From contig JAZDMO010000003.1 of the NCBI GenBank assembly GCA_043800905.1, positions 1 through 57,974 on the forward strand: 57,974 nt of DNA, written 5' to 3'. The stretch comes from Patescibacteria group bacterium. GTDB lineage: Bacteria; Patescibacteriota; Minisyncoccia; Phycocordibacterales; UBA12079. A program made the translations under genes and the position numbers. The notes beneath the pieces were generated by a model. The model saw only the letters and a program-made list of their open reading frames with translations, did no database searches and was not told the DNA's origin. This document shows positions 42,615 through 53,768 of the stretch, piece after piece. The first letter of the stretch is position 1, and each line of letters opens with the position of its first letter.

Positions 42615-45600
42615 ATGGCAAAACAAAAAACTCGGGAACAAAAATATTTCAAGAAGTATAAAAAATCTCTAGTAGAACTTCCCAATCTTGTAGAATCTCA
42701 ATTGGCTTCTTATCAAGAATTTGTGGATAAAGGTATCGCCGAGGTTTTAACAGAATTCAACCCTATAGAAGACTACTCTGGCAAAAAATTTAAGTTAGAA
42801 TTTTTGGATTTTGAATTTAATAAACCTAAGACAGATGAGTTCTTTGCAAAAGACAATAAAATGTCTTATCAAGCGGGGATTAAAGCTAAGGTTAAATTAA
42901 CTAATAAAATTTTAAAAATTGAAAAAGAACAAGAAATTTTCTTGACTGATTTTCCTATGATGACTGATCATGGGACTTTTATCATTAACGGAGTAGAAAG
43001 AGTAGTGGTACCCCAATTAGGACGATCTTTTGGAATGTTTTTTACCGCACAAGAATTGAAGGGTAAGACTTGTTTTGGAGTAAAAATTATTCCTTATAGA
43101 GGTTCTTGGATTGAAATTGATTCAGAGTCTGATGGTTTAATTTATGTCAAAATTGATAGAAAAAGAAAGTTTTTGATTAGTTCTCTTTTGCGTGTTTTGT
43201 CTGATGGAACCGATGAACAGATTTTGGCTCAATTTAAAGATAAGGATTTAAGAGAATTGATGGAGAAAAACTTTAAAGCTGACGGAGCTAAAAATCGTGA
43301 TGAGTCATTTATTGAAATTCATAAAAGATTAAGAGATGGAGAATTAACTACTGCTAGCCATGCTGAGGTTTTCGTAAAAAGTTTATTTGAGGCAGAAAGA
43401 TATGACTTACACAAGGTTGGTCGTTTCTATTTTAATAAAAGATTTGGTAAAGCTGTGAATCGAAAGGAGTTAGAAAGGAAAGATATTGATGTAAATGATC
43501 TTGTAACAATTATTGAACATATCAATAAATTGAATAATGACCCAGAAGCTCAACCTGATGATATTGATCATTTAGGTTCTCGTCGTTTGAAATATTTTGG
43601 TGAAATGATTCAACAAAAATTCAGAGTGGGAATGTTCCAAATTAAAAGGAATATTCAAGACAGAATGTCTATTATGGGAGTAGATGCTACTTTACCAGTA
43701 CAGTTTGTAAGCACTCGACCTTTGCAGGCCAGAATTAAAGAATTTTTCACCACTAATCAATTGTCACAATTTATGTTGCAAGACAATATTTTGGCTGAGT
43801 TGGAACATTTGAGAACTGTGTCAGCTTTAGGACCGGGAGGTTTAGTGAGAGAAAGAGCATCTATTGAAGTGCGTGACGTACACCCTTCTCATTATGGAAG
43901 ATTATGTCCTATCCAAACCCCTGAAGGTCAAAACATTGGATTGATTTTACGTTTAGCTAATTATGCTCGCGTGAATGATTTTGGAATGATTGAAACTCCC
44001 TACGCTAAAGTAGAAAAAGGAAAAATTACTGATGAAGTTGTTTTCTTAAATGCTGCCGATGAAGAAGATAAATTTATTGCTGATGGAACTTTGGAAAGAG
44101 ATGAAAAAGGAAAAATTTTACATGATACCGTTGAAGTCAGAATCAATGGAAAACCGGGAATTGTTTCTAAAGATAAAGTTAATTATATTGACGTTTCTTC
44201 TAAACAGGCCTTTTCTGTGGCTACTTCTATGATTCCTTTCTTGAATCATGATGATGCTAACCGTGCTTTGATGGGATCTAACATGCAGAAGCAGTCAGTT
44301 CCTTGTATTAATCCTGAAGCTCCTTTGGTAGCGACTGGAATTGAAGAGAGAGCTGCTCGCGCAACAGGAAGATTATTGATTGCTAAGGAAAGCGGTGTGG
44401 TTTCTTATGTAGATGCTAAAATGATTAAGATTAAGAACAGTACCGGTAGTCAGACAGAATATCCTTTAATTAATTTTATGAGAACTAACTCATTTTCTTC
44501 TTTGAGTCATCGTCCTTTGGTAGATTTGAATCAAAAAGTAAAGAAGGGTGATATTTTAGCTGACGTTTCTTCAACCGATAATGGACAAATAGCTTTGGGT
44601 CAAAACATTTTAATTGCCTTTATGTCTTGGTATGGTTTCAATTACGAGGATGCTATTATTATTTCTGACCGTTTGGTAAAAAGAGATAAATTTACTTCTA
44701 TTCACGTAGAAGAATTCGTAGAAGATGTCCGAGATACTAAATTAGGTGAAGAAGTAACTACTCACGATATTCCTAATGTGGGAGAAGGAAAATTGAAAAA
44801 TCTTGATGAAGATGGAATTATTCGTGTGGGAGCTGAAGTTGAACCGGGAGATATTTTGGTTGGAAAAATTACTCCTAAAGGAGAAACTCAATTAACCCCA
44901 GAGGAAAGATTGTTAAGATCAATTTTTGGAGAAAAAGCTCAGGACGTGAAAGATACTTCTTTACGAGTTAAGGGAGGTAAGAAAGGTTTTGTAATTAATG
45001 TTAAAGTCTTTTCTCGTGAAAAGGGAGAAATTAATGAACCTGGAGTAATTAAAAGAATTTATGTAGAAGTTGCTCAATTAAGAAATGTTTCTGTGGGAGA
45101 TAAGTTGGCCGGAAGACACGGAAATAAAGGAGTTATTTCAAGAATTTTACCTCAAGAAGATATGCCTTATATGGCAGATGGAACACCTGTGGATATTATT
45201 TTGACTCCGTTGGGTGTGCCTTCTCGTATGAACTTGGGTCAGATTTTAGAATTACATTTAGGAATGGCTGCTAAGAAGTTAAACTATCAAGCTGTTGTGC
45301 CTCCTTTTGCAGGAGCAACTGAAGAAGAAATTAAAGATGAATTAGAAAAAGCTGGTTTGGATAGGAGCGGAAGAATGCCTCTTTATGATGGTTTAACTGG
45401 AGAAAAATTTGATCAAGATATTGCTGTCGGTTATATGTATATGTTGAAACTTCACCACATGGTAGAAGATAAATTACATATGCGTGCTGTCGGGCCTTAT
45501 TCACTTATTAACCAACAACCTTTGGGAGGAAAAGCTCAAAGAGGAGGTCAGAGATTTGGAGAAATGGAAGTGTGGGCTTTGCTTGGTCATGGAACAGCTC

Positions 45601-45779
45601 ACATTTTGCGCGAAGTTTTGACTATTAAATCAGATGACATTATTGGAAGATCGGCTGCTTTTGATGCGATAGTTAAAGGAAGAAAAATTCCTGAACCAAA
45701 TATTCCTGCTTCATTTAACGTATTATTAAATAATTTGCGAGGTCTAGCATTAGATATAGATTTAAAAAAATCTAACTAA
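42615..45779 (+). CDS. rpoB: DNA-directed RNA polymerase subunit beta
   Basis: Full-length match to conserved RpoB blocks (e.g. GRHGNKGVISRI, GGQRFGEMEVWAL). Confidence 0.95.
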   Translation: MAKQKTREQKYFKKYKKSLVELPNLVESQLASYQEFVDKGIAEVLTEFNPIEDYSGKKFKLEFLDFEFNKPKTDEFFAKDNKMSYQAGIKAKVKLTNKILKIEKEQEIFLTDFPMMTDHGTFIINGVERVVVPQLGRSFGMFFTAQELKGKTCFGVKIIPYRGSWIEIDSESDGLIYVKIDRKRKFLISSLLRVLSDGTDEQILAQFKDKDLRELMEKNFKADGAKNRDESFIEIHKRLRDGELTTASHAEVFVKSLFEAERYDLHKVGRFYFNKRFGKAVNRKELERKDIDVNDLVTIIEHINKLNNDPEAQPDDIDHLGSRRLKYFGEMIQQKFRVGMFQIKRNIQDRMSIMGVDATLPVQFVSTRPLQARIKEFFTTNQLSQFMLQDNILAELEHLRTVSALGPGGLVRERASIEVRDVHPSHYGRLCPIQTPEGQNIGLILRLANYARVNDFGMIETPYAKVEKGKITDEVVFLNAADEEDKFIADGTLERDEKGKILHDTVEVRINGKPGIVSKDKVNYIDVSSKQAFSVATSMIPFLNHDDANRALMGSNMQKQSVPCINPEAPLVATGIEERAARATGRLLIAKESGVVSYVDAKMIKIKNSTGSQTEYPLINFMRTNSFSSLSHRPLVDLNQKVKKGDILADVSSTDNGQIALGQNILIAFMSWYGFNYEDAIIISDRLVKRDKFTSIHVEEFVEDVRDTKLGEEVTTHDIPNVGEGKLKNLDEDGIIRVGAEVEPGDILVGKITPKGETQLTPEERLLRSIFGEKAQDVKDTSLRVKGGKKGFVINVKVFSREKGEINEPGVIKRIYVEVAQLRNVSVGDKLAGRHGNKGVISRILPQEDMPYMADGTPVDIILTPLGVPSRMNLGQILELHLGMAAKKLNYQAVVPPFAGATEEEIKDELEKAGLDRSGRMPLYDGLTGEKFDQDIAVGYMYMLKLHHMVEDKLHMRAVGPYSLINQQPLGGKAQRGGQRFGEMEVWALLGHGTAHILREVLTIKSDDIIGRSAAFDAIVKGRKIPEPNIPASFNVLLNNLRGLALDIDLKKSN

Positions 45780-45810
45780 TTTTTTAGCTCATTTTTGAGC
45801 CAGTAAATAT

Positions 45811-48800
45811 ATGGAAAAAAATACTATGGAAAATAAAAAAGAGCAAATTAAAGATAGATCAGAAATCTCTGGTTTAGATTTTGATTCTGTTACTCTAAAG
45901 CTAGCTTCACCAGAAAAGATTTTAGAATGGTCCTATGGAGAAGTAACAAAACCAGAAACTATTAATTACAGAACTCAAAGAAGCGAAAAAGGAGGTTTGT
46001 TTGATGAAAAAATATTTGGACCAGATAAAGATTATGAATGTTATTGTGGAAAATATAAAGGAATTCGTTATAAAGATATTGTTTGTGAAAAGTGTGGAGT
46101 AGAAATTACTCGTTCTATTGTTAGACGAGAAAGAATGGGTCATATTGAATTAGCTTCACCAGTATCTCATATTTGGTTTTTGAAAAGTATTCCTTCAAGA
46201 ATTGCTTTGATTTTGGATATTAGTATGGCTGATTTAAGAAAGGTAATTTATTTTGCAGGTTATATTGTAATTAATGTTAACTTGGAAGAAAAAGCTCGAA
46301 TAATAAGGGAAGTAGAAGCTGAATTTAAAACAAAAATAAAAAATCTAGAAGATGCAAAATCTAAAAATAAGATGAAGGAGCTTATTTTAGATGTAAAAAG
46401 AGAAATTGAATCTATTACTGAAGGAGCTGTTTTTGATGAAATTACTTATAATAAATATTCTTACAAATATGGGGCAATGTTTGAAGCTGGGATTGGAGCT
46501 GAAACTATTTATAATATTTGTAAAAAAATTGATTTAAATGCTTTGAAAAATTCTTTGGAAAAAGAGTTAGAAAAAGCCGGTTCTATTAAAAAAGTTAAAC
46601 TTAACAAACAATTATCTTTTGTTAAATCTATGTTGGCTTCAGGGGTAAGACCAGAATGGATGTTTTTAACTAATATTCCTGTAATTCCTCCAGCATTGAG
46701 ACCAATGGTGGTTTTGAGTGGCGGAAAACATGCGACATCGGATGTAAACGATTTGTATCGTCGGGTTATCAATAGAAATAATCGTTTGAAAAAATTGATG
46801 GAGATTAATGCTCCAGATGTTATTTTAAGAAATGAAAAAAGAATTTTGCAGGAAGCTGTGGATTCATTGATTGATAATTCCATTCGATATTCAGGAGGTT
46901 CTTCTGCTATGAGTCAATCACAAAGAAGACCTTTGAAATCTTTAGCAGATAATTTAAAAGGAAAACAAGGTTTATTCCGACAAAATTTGTTAGGTAAGCG
47001 AGTAGATTATTCTGGTCGTTCTGTTATTGTGGTTGGTCCACACCTAGATTTGGATCAATGTGGTTTGCCTAAGAAAATGGCTCTGGAATTATTTAAACCT
47101 TTTGTTATTTCTAGAATTTTGAAAGATGAATTGGCTCATAATATTAAATGGGCTAGTCGTTTGATTGAAGAAGGTTCACCAGAAGTTTGGGCTATTTTGG
47201 AAGATGTTATTCAAAACAAATATGTTTTGTTAAACCGTGCTCCAACTTTGCACCGTTTGGGTATTCAAGCTTTCAAGCCATTATTGGTGGAAGGAAAGGC
47301 TATTCAAGTTCACCCACTAGTGTGTGCGGCTTTTAACGCGGACTTCGACGGAGATCAGATGGCGGTTCACTTGCCTTTGAGCCGAGAAGCTCAAATTGAA
47401 GCCAAAGAAATTATGGCGGCTGATAAAAATATTTTGAAACCGGGAACAGGGGAACCAATTGTTGATCCTAAAATGGATATGGCTTTGGGTTGTTATTGGA
47501 TGACTAAAATTGTTGAAGGTGCTAAGGGAGAAGGAAAATATTTCTCCAGTGTTAATGAAGCTATCATTACCTATGAATTTGGCGAGTTAGATTTAAGAGC
47601 TAAAATTCATGTTTTACCAACCAGTACTGAAAAATATGCTCAGTTCAAGGGTGAATTATTTGAAACTACTGCTGGTCGTCTATTATTCAATAGTGTGCTT
47701 CCAAAGGAATATCCTTATATGAATCAGTCTATTGGTAAGAAGGATTTATCTAATTTAACTAATGATTTAATTGAGGTTTATGGTATTTATAATATTGCTC
47801 CAATTCTTGGAAAGATTAAGGATTTTGGATTTAAATATGCCACTAAATCAGGGGTGACTTGGGGAATTGATAATGTGATTGTCCCAGAAAAGAAGTATGA
47901 AATTATTGAAGATTCAAAAAATAAATCAGCTGAAGTTTGGTCACAATATAATGATGGTTTGTTAACTAAAGAAGAAAGACACAGAAAGAATATTGAAATT
48001 TGGCATGGGGCTAAAGATGCAATTGAAAAATTAATTCCTGCAACTTTGGATATTCAAGGTTCCGCTTTTGACATGTGGAGTTCAGGAGCTCGAGGTTCTA
48101 TCGGACAGTTCACTCAAATGGCAGGAATGAGAGGTTTGATTCAAAACACTGCTGGAGAAACTATTGAAAATCCAGTTATTTCTTGTTTGAAAGAAGGTTT
48201 GACTCCAATTGAATATTTCACTACCACCCATGGTTCTAGAAAAGGTCTTGCCGATACTGCTTTGAATACAGCTAAGGCTGGTTATTTGACTAGAAAACTT
48301 TTTGATGTCGCTCAGGATGTAGTTATTTTAGAAGAAGACTGCGGAACTAAAGAGTATATTACTTTGGGAAGGGAAAGTATTTCTGGAATTGAAATCTCTT
48401 TAGCTAAAAATATTAGTGGAAGAATTTTAGCCAAAGATGTTAAGGATCCTTCCGGAAAGGTTTTGTTTAAAGAAGGTTATCTTTTAACTAAAGATGATGC
48501 TAAAGCAATTGAAAATGCTGGGGTAGAGAAAGTCGATGTAAGATCACCGATGACTTGTGCTACAGCGAGAGGAATTTGTCAGAAGTGTTACGGAGCTGAT
48601 CTAGGTACTAATAAATTAATTGATTTAGGAGAAACTGCAGGAACTGTGGCGGCTCAAGCGATTGGAGAACCGGGTACACAGCTAACAATGAGAACCTTCC
48701 ATACAGGAGGTACCGCTACTCAAGGTGGAGATATTACTCAAGGTTTGCCTCGAGTGGAAGAAATTTTTGAAAAAAGATCTCCAAAAACTCCAGCAGTTAT

Positions 48801-49518
48801 CAGTAAAGTGAGTGGAACTGTAACCGATGTTATCGATAATGATGACCAAAAAACTGTTATTATTATTCCTGATGTTGATAGTAAGGGCTCTAAAAAAGGA
48901 CAACAGGTTATTTTTGATATTCCTTATAACCGTATGATTACTGTGGCTGTCGGAGATATTGTAAAGAAAGGACAATTATTGACTGATGGTTCTGCTGATA
49001 TTTCTGAATTATTTAAATATGCTGGTAAAAAAGAAATTCAAGAATATATTATTAAAGAAACAGTTAAAATTTACGAATTACAAGGAGCGGCTACTTCAAG
49101 AAAACATATTGAAGTTATTATTAAACAAATGTTATCTCGAAGAAGAATTAGAAATTCTGGAGGAACTAATTTAGCTGTGGGGTCAGTTGCAGAAGATTAT
49201 ATTTTAAAGAGAGCTAACGAAAAAGCTAAAGCCGAAGGCTTAGAAGAAGCTAAGGGAGAACAAATGGTTTTGGGAATTACTGAAGTTTCTCTAACCAGAC
49301 ATTCTTTCTTATCATCTGTTTCTTTCCAAAATACAACCAAAATGTTAATTAATGCTTCTATTCGTGGAGCTAAAGATGAGATGGTTGGTTTGAAAGAAAA
49401 TGTTATTGTGGGAAGATTGGTTCCAGCCGGAACAGGATTTAAAGGAAGTAAAAAGTGGGAAATGGTTCAGCCATTAAAAAACGAAGAAGATGTAGAGAAT
49501 GACGATGATGAAGAATAG
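45811..49518 (+). CDS. rpoC: DNA-directed RNA polymerase subunit beta'
   Basis: Zinc-binding CYCGKYK..CEKCGVE, catalytic NADFDGDQMAVH, bridge-helix and trigger-loop blocks. Confidence 0.95.
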   Translation: MEKNTMENKKEQIKDRSEISGLDFDSVTLKLASPEKILEWSYGEVTKPETINYRTQRSEKGGLFDEKIFGPDKDYECYCGKYKGIRYKDIVCEKCGVEITRSIVRRERMGHIELASPVSHIWFLKSIPSRIALILDISMADLRKVIYFAGYIVINVNLEEKARIIREVEAEFKTKIKNLEDAKSKNKMKELILDVKREIESITEGAVFDEITYNKYSYKYGAMFEAGIGAETIYNICKKIDLNALKNSLEKELEKAGSIKKVKLNKQLSFVKSMLASGVRPEWMFLTNIPVIPPALRPMVVLSGGKHATSDVNDLYRRVINRNNRLKKLMEINAPDVILRNEKRILQEAVDSLIDNSIRYSGGSSAMSQSQRRPLKSLADNLKGKQGLFRQNLLGKRVDYSGRSVIVVGPHLDLDQCGLPKKMALELFKPFVISRILKDELAHNIKWASRLIEEGSPEVWAILEDVIQNKYVLLNRAPTLHRLGIQAFKPLLVEGKAIQVHPLVCAAFNADFDGDQMAVHLPLSREAQIEAKEIMAADKNILKPGTGEPIVDPKMDMALGCYWMTKIVEGAKGEGKYFSSVNEAIITYEFGELDLRAKIHVLPTSTEKYAQFKGELFETTAGRLLFNSVLPKEYPYMNQSIGKKDLSNLTNDLIEVYGIYNIAPILGKIKDFGFKYATKSGVTWGIDNVIVPEKKYEIIEDSKNKSAEVWSQYNDGLLTKEERHRKNIEIWHGAKDAIEKLIPATLDIQGSAFDMWSSGARGSIGQFTQMAGMRGLIQNTAGETIENPVISCLKEGLTPIEYFTTTHGSRKGLADTALNTAKAGYLTRKLFDVAQDVVILEEDCGTKEYITLGRESISGIEISLAKNISGRILAKDVKDPSGKVLFKEGYLLTKDDAKAIENAGVEKVDVRSPMTCATARGICQKCYGADLGTNKLIDLGETAGTVAAQAIGEPGTQLTMRTFHTGGTATQGGDITQGLPRVEEIFEKRSPKTPAVISKVSGTVTDVIDNDDQKTVIIIPDVDSKGSKKGQQVIFDIPYNRMITVAVGDIVKKGQLLTDGSADISELFKYAGKKEIQEYIIKETVKIYELQGAATSRKHIEVIIKQMLSRRRIRNSGGTNLAVGSVAEDYILKRANEKAKAEGLEEAKGEQMVLGITEVSLTRHSFLSSVSFQNTTKMLINASIRGAKDEMVGLKENVIVGRLVPAGTGFKGSKKWEMVQPLKNEEDVENDDDEE

Positions 49519-49675
49519 AAACAAACTAAAACAAAAAAAAGAAGATGATGCCAGATATTATTTAAAGGATTAAGGGTGAATCCAGTTAGAAGTTTTCGGT
49601 TGAATAAATGAGATTATAAAATTATAAGTTTAATAAATACCACGTGTGTTTTTAAAATAATTTATTTCTAACGGG

Positions 49676-51388
49676 ATGAATAATATTGAAAAAATAAAAG
49701 AAAGATTGAATATTGTCGATGTTATTGGTGCTTATTTAAAGCTAGAAAAAGCTGGCGCCAATTACAAAGCACGATGTCCTTTCCATAATGAAAAGACACC
49801 TTCTTTTTTTATTTCTCCTGACAGAGGAACTTTTAAATGTTTTGGTTGTGGGGAAGGAGGAGATATTTTTTCTTTTGTAGAAAAATTTGAAGGAGTAGAT
49901 TTTCAAGGTTCTTTAAAAATTTTAGCAGATAAAGCTGGGGTAGAACTAGTTAGAGAAAATCCTCAGAAAAGGGATAAAAGAGAAAGACTTTTTGACGTCA
50001 TGGAAGAGTCAACTATTTTTTTTGAAAATAATTTGAAAGAAAATACTGAGGCATTAGCGTATTTAAACAATAGGGGTTTAAAAACAGAAACTATTAAAGA
50101 CTTTAGAATTGGTTATGCTAAAGAAGCTTGGGAAGATTTGTTTCTTTTTTTGAAGAAAAAAGGCTTTAAGGAACAAGAAATTCTTGAAGCGGGGCTGATT
50201 AAGGCTCGGGAGAAGGGAAATGGTTATTATGACCGTTTTAGAGAGAGAATCATTTTTCCTCTTTTTGACAGTTCTGGTCGAGTGATTGCTTTTTCTGGTC
50301 GTTATTTCAATCCTCATGCTAAATCAGAAAAAGAAGTGGCTAAATATCTTAATAGTCCTGAAACAGAGTTATTTAGTAAATCCAATGTTCTTTATGGTTT
50401 TAATTTTGCCAAAAATCATATTAGAAAAAATAATTTTTCTATTTTAGTGGAAGGACAGATGGATTTGGTAATGTGTCATCAATCCGGTTATAGAAATACT
50501 GTGGCTAGTTCAGGAACTGCTTTAACGGAAAATCATTTAGCTCTTTTGAAAAGAATTTCTGATAATTTAGTTTTAGCTTTTGATGGAGATAATGCTGGTT
50601 TTTCTTCCGCAGTTAAGGCTGCTCAAGTTGCTTTAAAAAAGGAAATGGATGTTAAGCTTTTAGAGATTTTAGAAAATTCAGATCCAGCAGATACTCTTTT
50701 GTATAAAAAAGATATTTGGCAAAAAAATTTAAAAGGAGCTAAACATATTATTCATTTTTATTTGAATAAATTAGGTAAAGAGATTACTGATAAGAGAAAA
50801 TTAGGGGCTGAGGTTCAGAAAAAAGTTTTACCACTTCTTCTTTTAATAGAAAGTGAAATTGAAAAATCTAATTTTGTTAAAGATATCGCTGATTTTTTGC
50901 AGGTTCCAGAAAAAGCTATTAGGGAAGAATTGGAGAAGGTAAAGAACAAAATTCCTCAAGAGAAAAGTTCTGTCATAAAATCAAAAGAAAAACCAAAGAT
51001 TCAAAAAAATAGATTGCAAAGTATTTTAAAACAATTATCTGCGATTTATTGGTGGCAAAAAAATAAAGAGATTATTGATGTAAAAATAATTCCATCAGAA
51101 ATTTCACAAGTTGTTGGCTTGGAAATGTGGGAAAAAATAGAAAATATTTCTGATAAAGATAAAGACGCGATTGTTTTTGAAATTGAAAATATGTATGAAG
51201 AAAACACTGATTTAGGTGGAAAGGTTAAAGAATTACTGTTGAATTTAAAATATGAATTTTTAGGTAATTTGATGGAAAAAATTATGGAAGAACAAAAAGA
51301 GGCTGAAAGAGAAGGAAATTTAGAACTTGCTCAAGAAAAATTTAAATTATATAGTGAATATTCAAAACAGAGGGATCAATTAGTTTAA
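49676..51388 (+). CDS. dnaG: DNA primase
   Basis: Zinc finger CPFHNEKTPSF...CFGCG. TOPRIM VEGQMD...DGDNAG. Confidence 0.9.
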   Translation: MNNIEKIKERLNIVDVIGAYLKLEKAGANYKARCPFHNEKTPSFFISPDRGTFKCFGCGEGGDIFSFVEKFEGVDFQGSLKILADKAGVELVRENPQKRDKRERLFDVMEESTIFFENNLKENTEALAYLNNRGLKTETIKDFRIGYAKEAWEDLFLFLKKKGFKEQEILEAGLIKAREKGNGYYDRFRERIIFPLFDSSGRVIAFSGRYFNPHAKSEKEVAKYLNSPETELFSKSNVLYGFNFAKNHIRKNNFSILVEGQMDLVMCHQSGYRNTVASSGTALTENHLALLKRISDNLVLAFDGDNAGFSSAVKAAQVALKKEMDVKLLEILENSDPADTLLYKKDIWQKNLKGAKHIIHFYLNKLGKEITDKRKLGAEVQKKVLPLLLLIESEIEKSNFVKDIADFLQVPEKAIREELEKVKNKIPQEKSSVIKSKEKPKIQKNRLQSILKQLSAIYWWQKNKEIIDVKIIPSEISQVVGLEMWEKIENISDKDKDAIVFEIENMYEENTDLGGKVKELLLNLKYEFLGNLMEKIMEEQKEAEREGNLELAQEKFKLYSEYSKQRDQLV

Positions 51389-51416
51389 TTATTATTAGGG
51401 GTTAATTTATATAAAT

Positions 51417-52745
51417 ATGGCGAAAAAAACAATAAAAAACAAAAAAACAACCCAAAAAAATCAAAAGGATAAGAAATCCAAAAAGATTTTGAAGACTAAA
51501 AAAACAAAAAAGGTTGCAAAAAAAATCGCTAAAAAAACCAGCCCAAAAGCTGGTGTCAAAAAGCCTATTTCAAAAACCCCTAAGAAGGTTGTGGTTAAAA
51601 AAACTGTTGCAAAAAAAACAGTCACCAAAAAGACACCTATAAAGAAAGTGGTTGTTAAAAAGTTGACAAAAAAACAAGATGAAAATCGAATCAAAATTAA
51701 TGCTTTATTGAAAAAGGGGAAGGAAATTGGTTTTGTTACTTTTGATAATATTTTGAAAGAATTTCCTTTTATTGAAGATGATGTTTCTCTTTTAGAAAAT
51801 ATTTATGAACAATTTGAAAGTTCTGGTATCGACATCTTAGAAAGCGGTGGAATGTTGGATGCGGATGTAGATGCTCTTCTTCCTAAATTAGGAAAACATA
51901 CTCGTTCCTATGATTCCATTCAGATGTATTTGAAAGAAATTGGACAATACGAACTTTTGACACAATCCCAAGAAATTGAATTAGCCAAAAGAATTGAAAC
52001 TGGCGATGAAGATGCTAAAAACCTATTAGCTAGAGCCAATTTAAGATTGGTAGTTTCCATTGCTAAAAAATATACAGGTAGAAGTCCTGATTTAACTTTA
52101 TTGGATTTAATTCAAGAAGGTTCTTTGGGTTTATTTAAAGCGGTTGATAAATTTGATTATACTAAAGGTTTTAAATTTTCTACTTATGCGACTTGGTGGA
52201 TTAGACAAGCTATTACTCGTGCCTTAGCTGATCAATCTAGAACTATTCGTATTCCTGTGCACATGGTGGAAACCATTGCTAAATACAAACAGGTTTCTAG
52301 AAAATTATCTCAAGATTTAGGGCGAGCTCCATTACCAGAAGAAATTGCCACTGAAATGGATTTGCCTGTAGATAAGGTTTATAATATTTTTCGTATCGAT
52401 AGAAGAATTGTTTCTTTGGAAAACCCTGTGGGTGGGGAAGACAGTGACGGAAAATCAACTTTAGAAAATTTTGTGCCAGATGAATCCATTGCTTCACCTG
52501 AACAAGAATCTTCTAAAAGAATTTTGAAAGATCAAATTCAAGATATTTTGAGTGATTTAACTCAAAAAGAAAGAAAAATTTTGGAAATGAGAAGCGGAAT
52601 TCAAGATGGGGTAAATCATACTTTAGAAGAAGTGGGGAAGGAATTTGGGGTGACCCGAGAAAGAATTCGTCAGATTGAAGCCAAAGCTCATGAAAAAATC
52701 AGAAATAGTGATAAGATTGATAGATTAAGAAATATTGATTTTTAG
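51417..52745 (+). CDS. rpoD: Primary sigma factor RpoD with a roughly 85-aa lysine-rich N-terminal region
   Basis: Region 2 [21 protein letters not shown], region 4 [20 protein letters not shown]. The N-terminus is KK/AKK-rich. Confidence 0.9.
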   Translation: MAKKTIKNKKTTQKNQKDKKSKKILKTKKTKKVAKKIAKKTSPKAGVKKPISKTPKKVVVKKTVAKKTVTKKTPIKKVVVKKLTKKQDENRIKINALLKKGKEIGFVTFDNILKEFPFIEDDVSLLENIYEQFESSGIDILESGGMLDADVDALLPKLGKHTRSYDSIQMYLKEIGQYELLTQSQEIELAKRIETGDEDAKNLLARANLRLVVSIAKKYTGRSPDLTLLDLIQEGSLGLFKAVDKFDYTKGFKFSTYATWWIRQAITRALADQSRTIRIPVHMVETIAKYKQVSRKLSQDLGRAPLPEEIATEMDLPVDKVYNIFRIDRRIVSLENPVGGEDSDGKSTLENFVPDESIASPEQESSKRILKDQIQDILSDLTQKERKILEMRSGIQDGVNHTLEEVGKEFGVTRERIRQIEAKAHEKIRNSDKIDRLRNIDF

Positions 52746-52797
52746 GAAACGCGGAATTGTGCGGATAATACGCTGACTCAATGCGGAAAAATGTTTT

Positions 52798-52848
52798 CGT
52801 CATTGCGAGCCTGCCTGCCGGCAGACAGGCTTCAGCGAAGCAATCCAG
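52798..52848. repeat. Repeat J: (-) modular unit carrying the GC palindrome as its cargo
   Basis: CGTCATTGCGAG[CCTGCCTGCCGGCAGACAGG]CTTCAGCGAAGCAATCCAG. Confidence 0.8.
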
Positions 52849-52853
52849 TTTTT

Positions 52854-52896
52854 AAAAAAAGAACACCCGAATCTGCTTGCGCAAATTCGGGTGTTT
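52854..52896 (-). terminator. Hairpin terminator between rpoD and the convergent small gene (best T-run on the minus strand)
   Basis: AAAAAAA-g-AACACCCGAAT...ATTCGGGTGTT. Confidence 0.55.
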
Positions 52897-52915
52897 GGGA
52901 TGAAGGAGTTAGGGT

Positions 52916-53119
52916 TTAGTCTTGCAGGAGCTTTTTAACTGTGGCAATAACCAACCCAGAAGCAATTTCTTTTAATTTTTCAGAAGGAACAGAATCGGTT
53001 ACTTCCAACGCTGTCATTATTCCGTTTCTTACTCCTTTCAATAGAGAAGAAATTCCGTTTGTTTCCATTTGATTTAAAACTACTTCACCTACCGTTGGAA
53101 TAACATTACATTTAAACAT
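52916..53119 (-). CDS. Hypothetical small protein (67 aa)
   Basis: ATG at 53119 is preceded by AAGGAGG at about 7 nt spacing. The longer ORF start at 53182 lacks an RBS. Confidence 0.5.
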   Translation of the reverse strand: MFKCNVIPTVGEVVLNQMETNGISSLLKGVRNGIMTALEVTDSVPSEKLKEIASGLVIATVKKLLQD

Positions 53120-53229
53120 TTTTGCCTCCTTTTCTGTTATGTGTTTCTGATAATAGTATACATAAAAGAATACAATTATCAATATATATAAAATATCAAA
53201 AAATAATACTTTTTGTTATACTTTGTAAT

Positions 53230-53646
53230 ATGAATTTAATGAAAAAAGAATCAAAAAATTTTGACGATTGGAATAATATAAAAAAGAAGATAGATTTTGA
53301 AGAATATAAAGATATCCTGCCTAAAAATAGAGAAATATGGTGGTCTTCGTTAGGATTAAACATTGGGGTTGAAGCAGATGGAAAAAATGAAAATTATGAA
53401 AGACCGGTTTTAATTTTGAAAGTTTTTAATAGAGAATGTTTTCTAGGCGTTCCGATAACTAGTATTGATAAAAGTAATAAGAAGTATTATTTTCCTATCT
53501 TATATAAAGATTTAAAGTCTTTTGCAGTTTTATCACAAATAAAGCTTTTTAGTACAAAAAGATTGTCTCGTATGATTTACAAAATAGATAGTAAAAATTT
53601 TATAGAATTGAAAAAAGAATTAACAAAAATAGCTGGTTTAAAATAA
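53230..53646 (+). CDS. MazF/PemK-family toxin-like protein; no adjacent antitoxin ORF
   Basis: Paralog of 7168-7575 (EIWWSSLGLNIGVEADG..RPVLILK...VPITS...LSQIKLFSTKRL). ATG at 53230. Confidence 0.75.
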   Translation: MNLMKKESKNFDDWNNIKKKIDFEEYKDILPKNREIWWSSLGLNIGVEADGKNENYERPVLILKVFNRECFLGVPITSIDKSNKKYYFPILYKDLKSFAVLSQIKLFSTKRLSRMIYKIDSKNFIELKKELTKIAGLK

Positions 53647-53768
53647 AAAAACGAAAACCCCGCAAGCGGGGCTTTCTCGGCCGTTTGATTAAATCAAACA
53701 TTTATACTTATAATCTTAGCAAACTTGTAAAGTAAGTCAAGTCTAAAAATATTAAATAACAAAAATAT

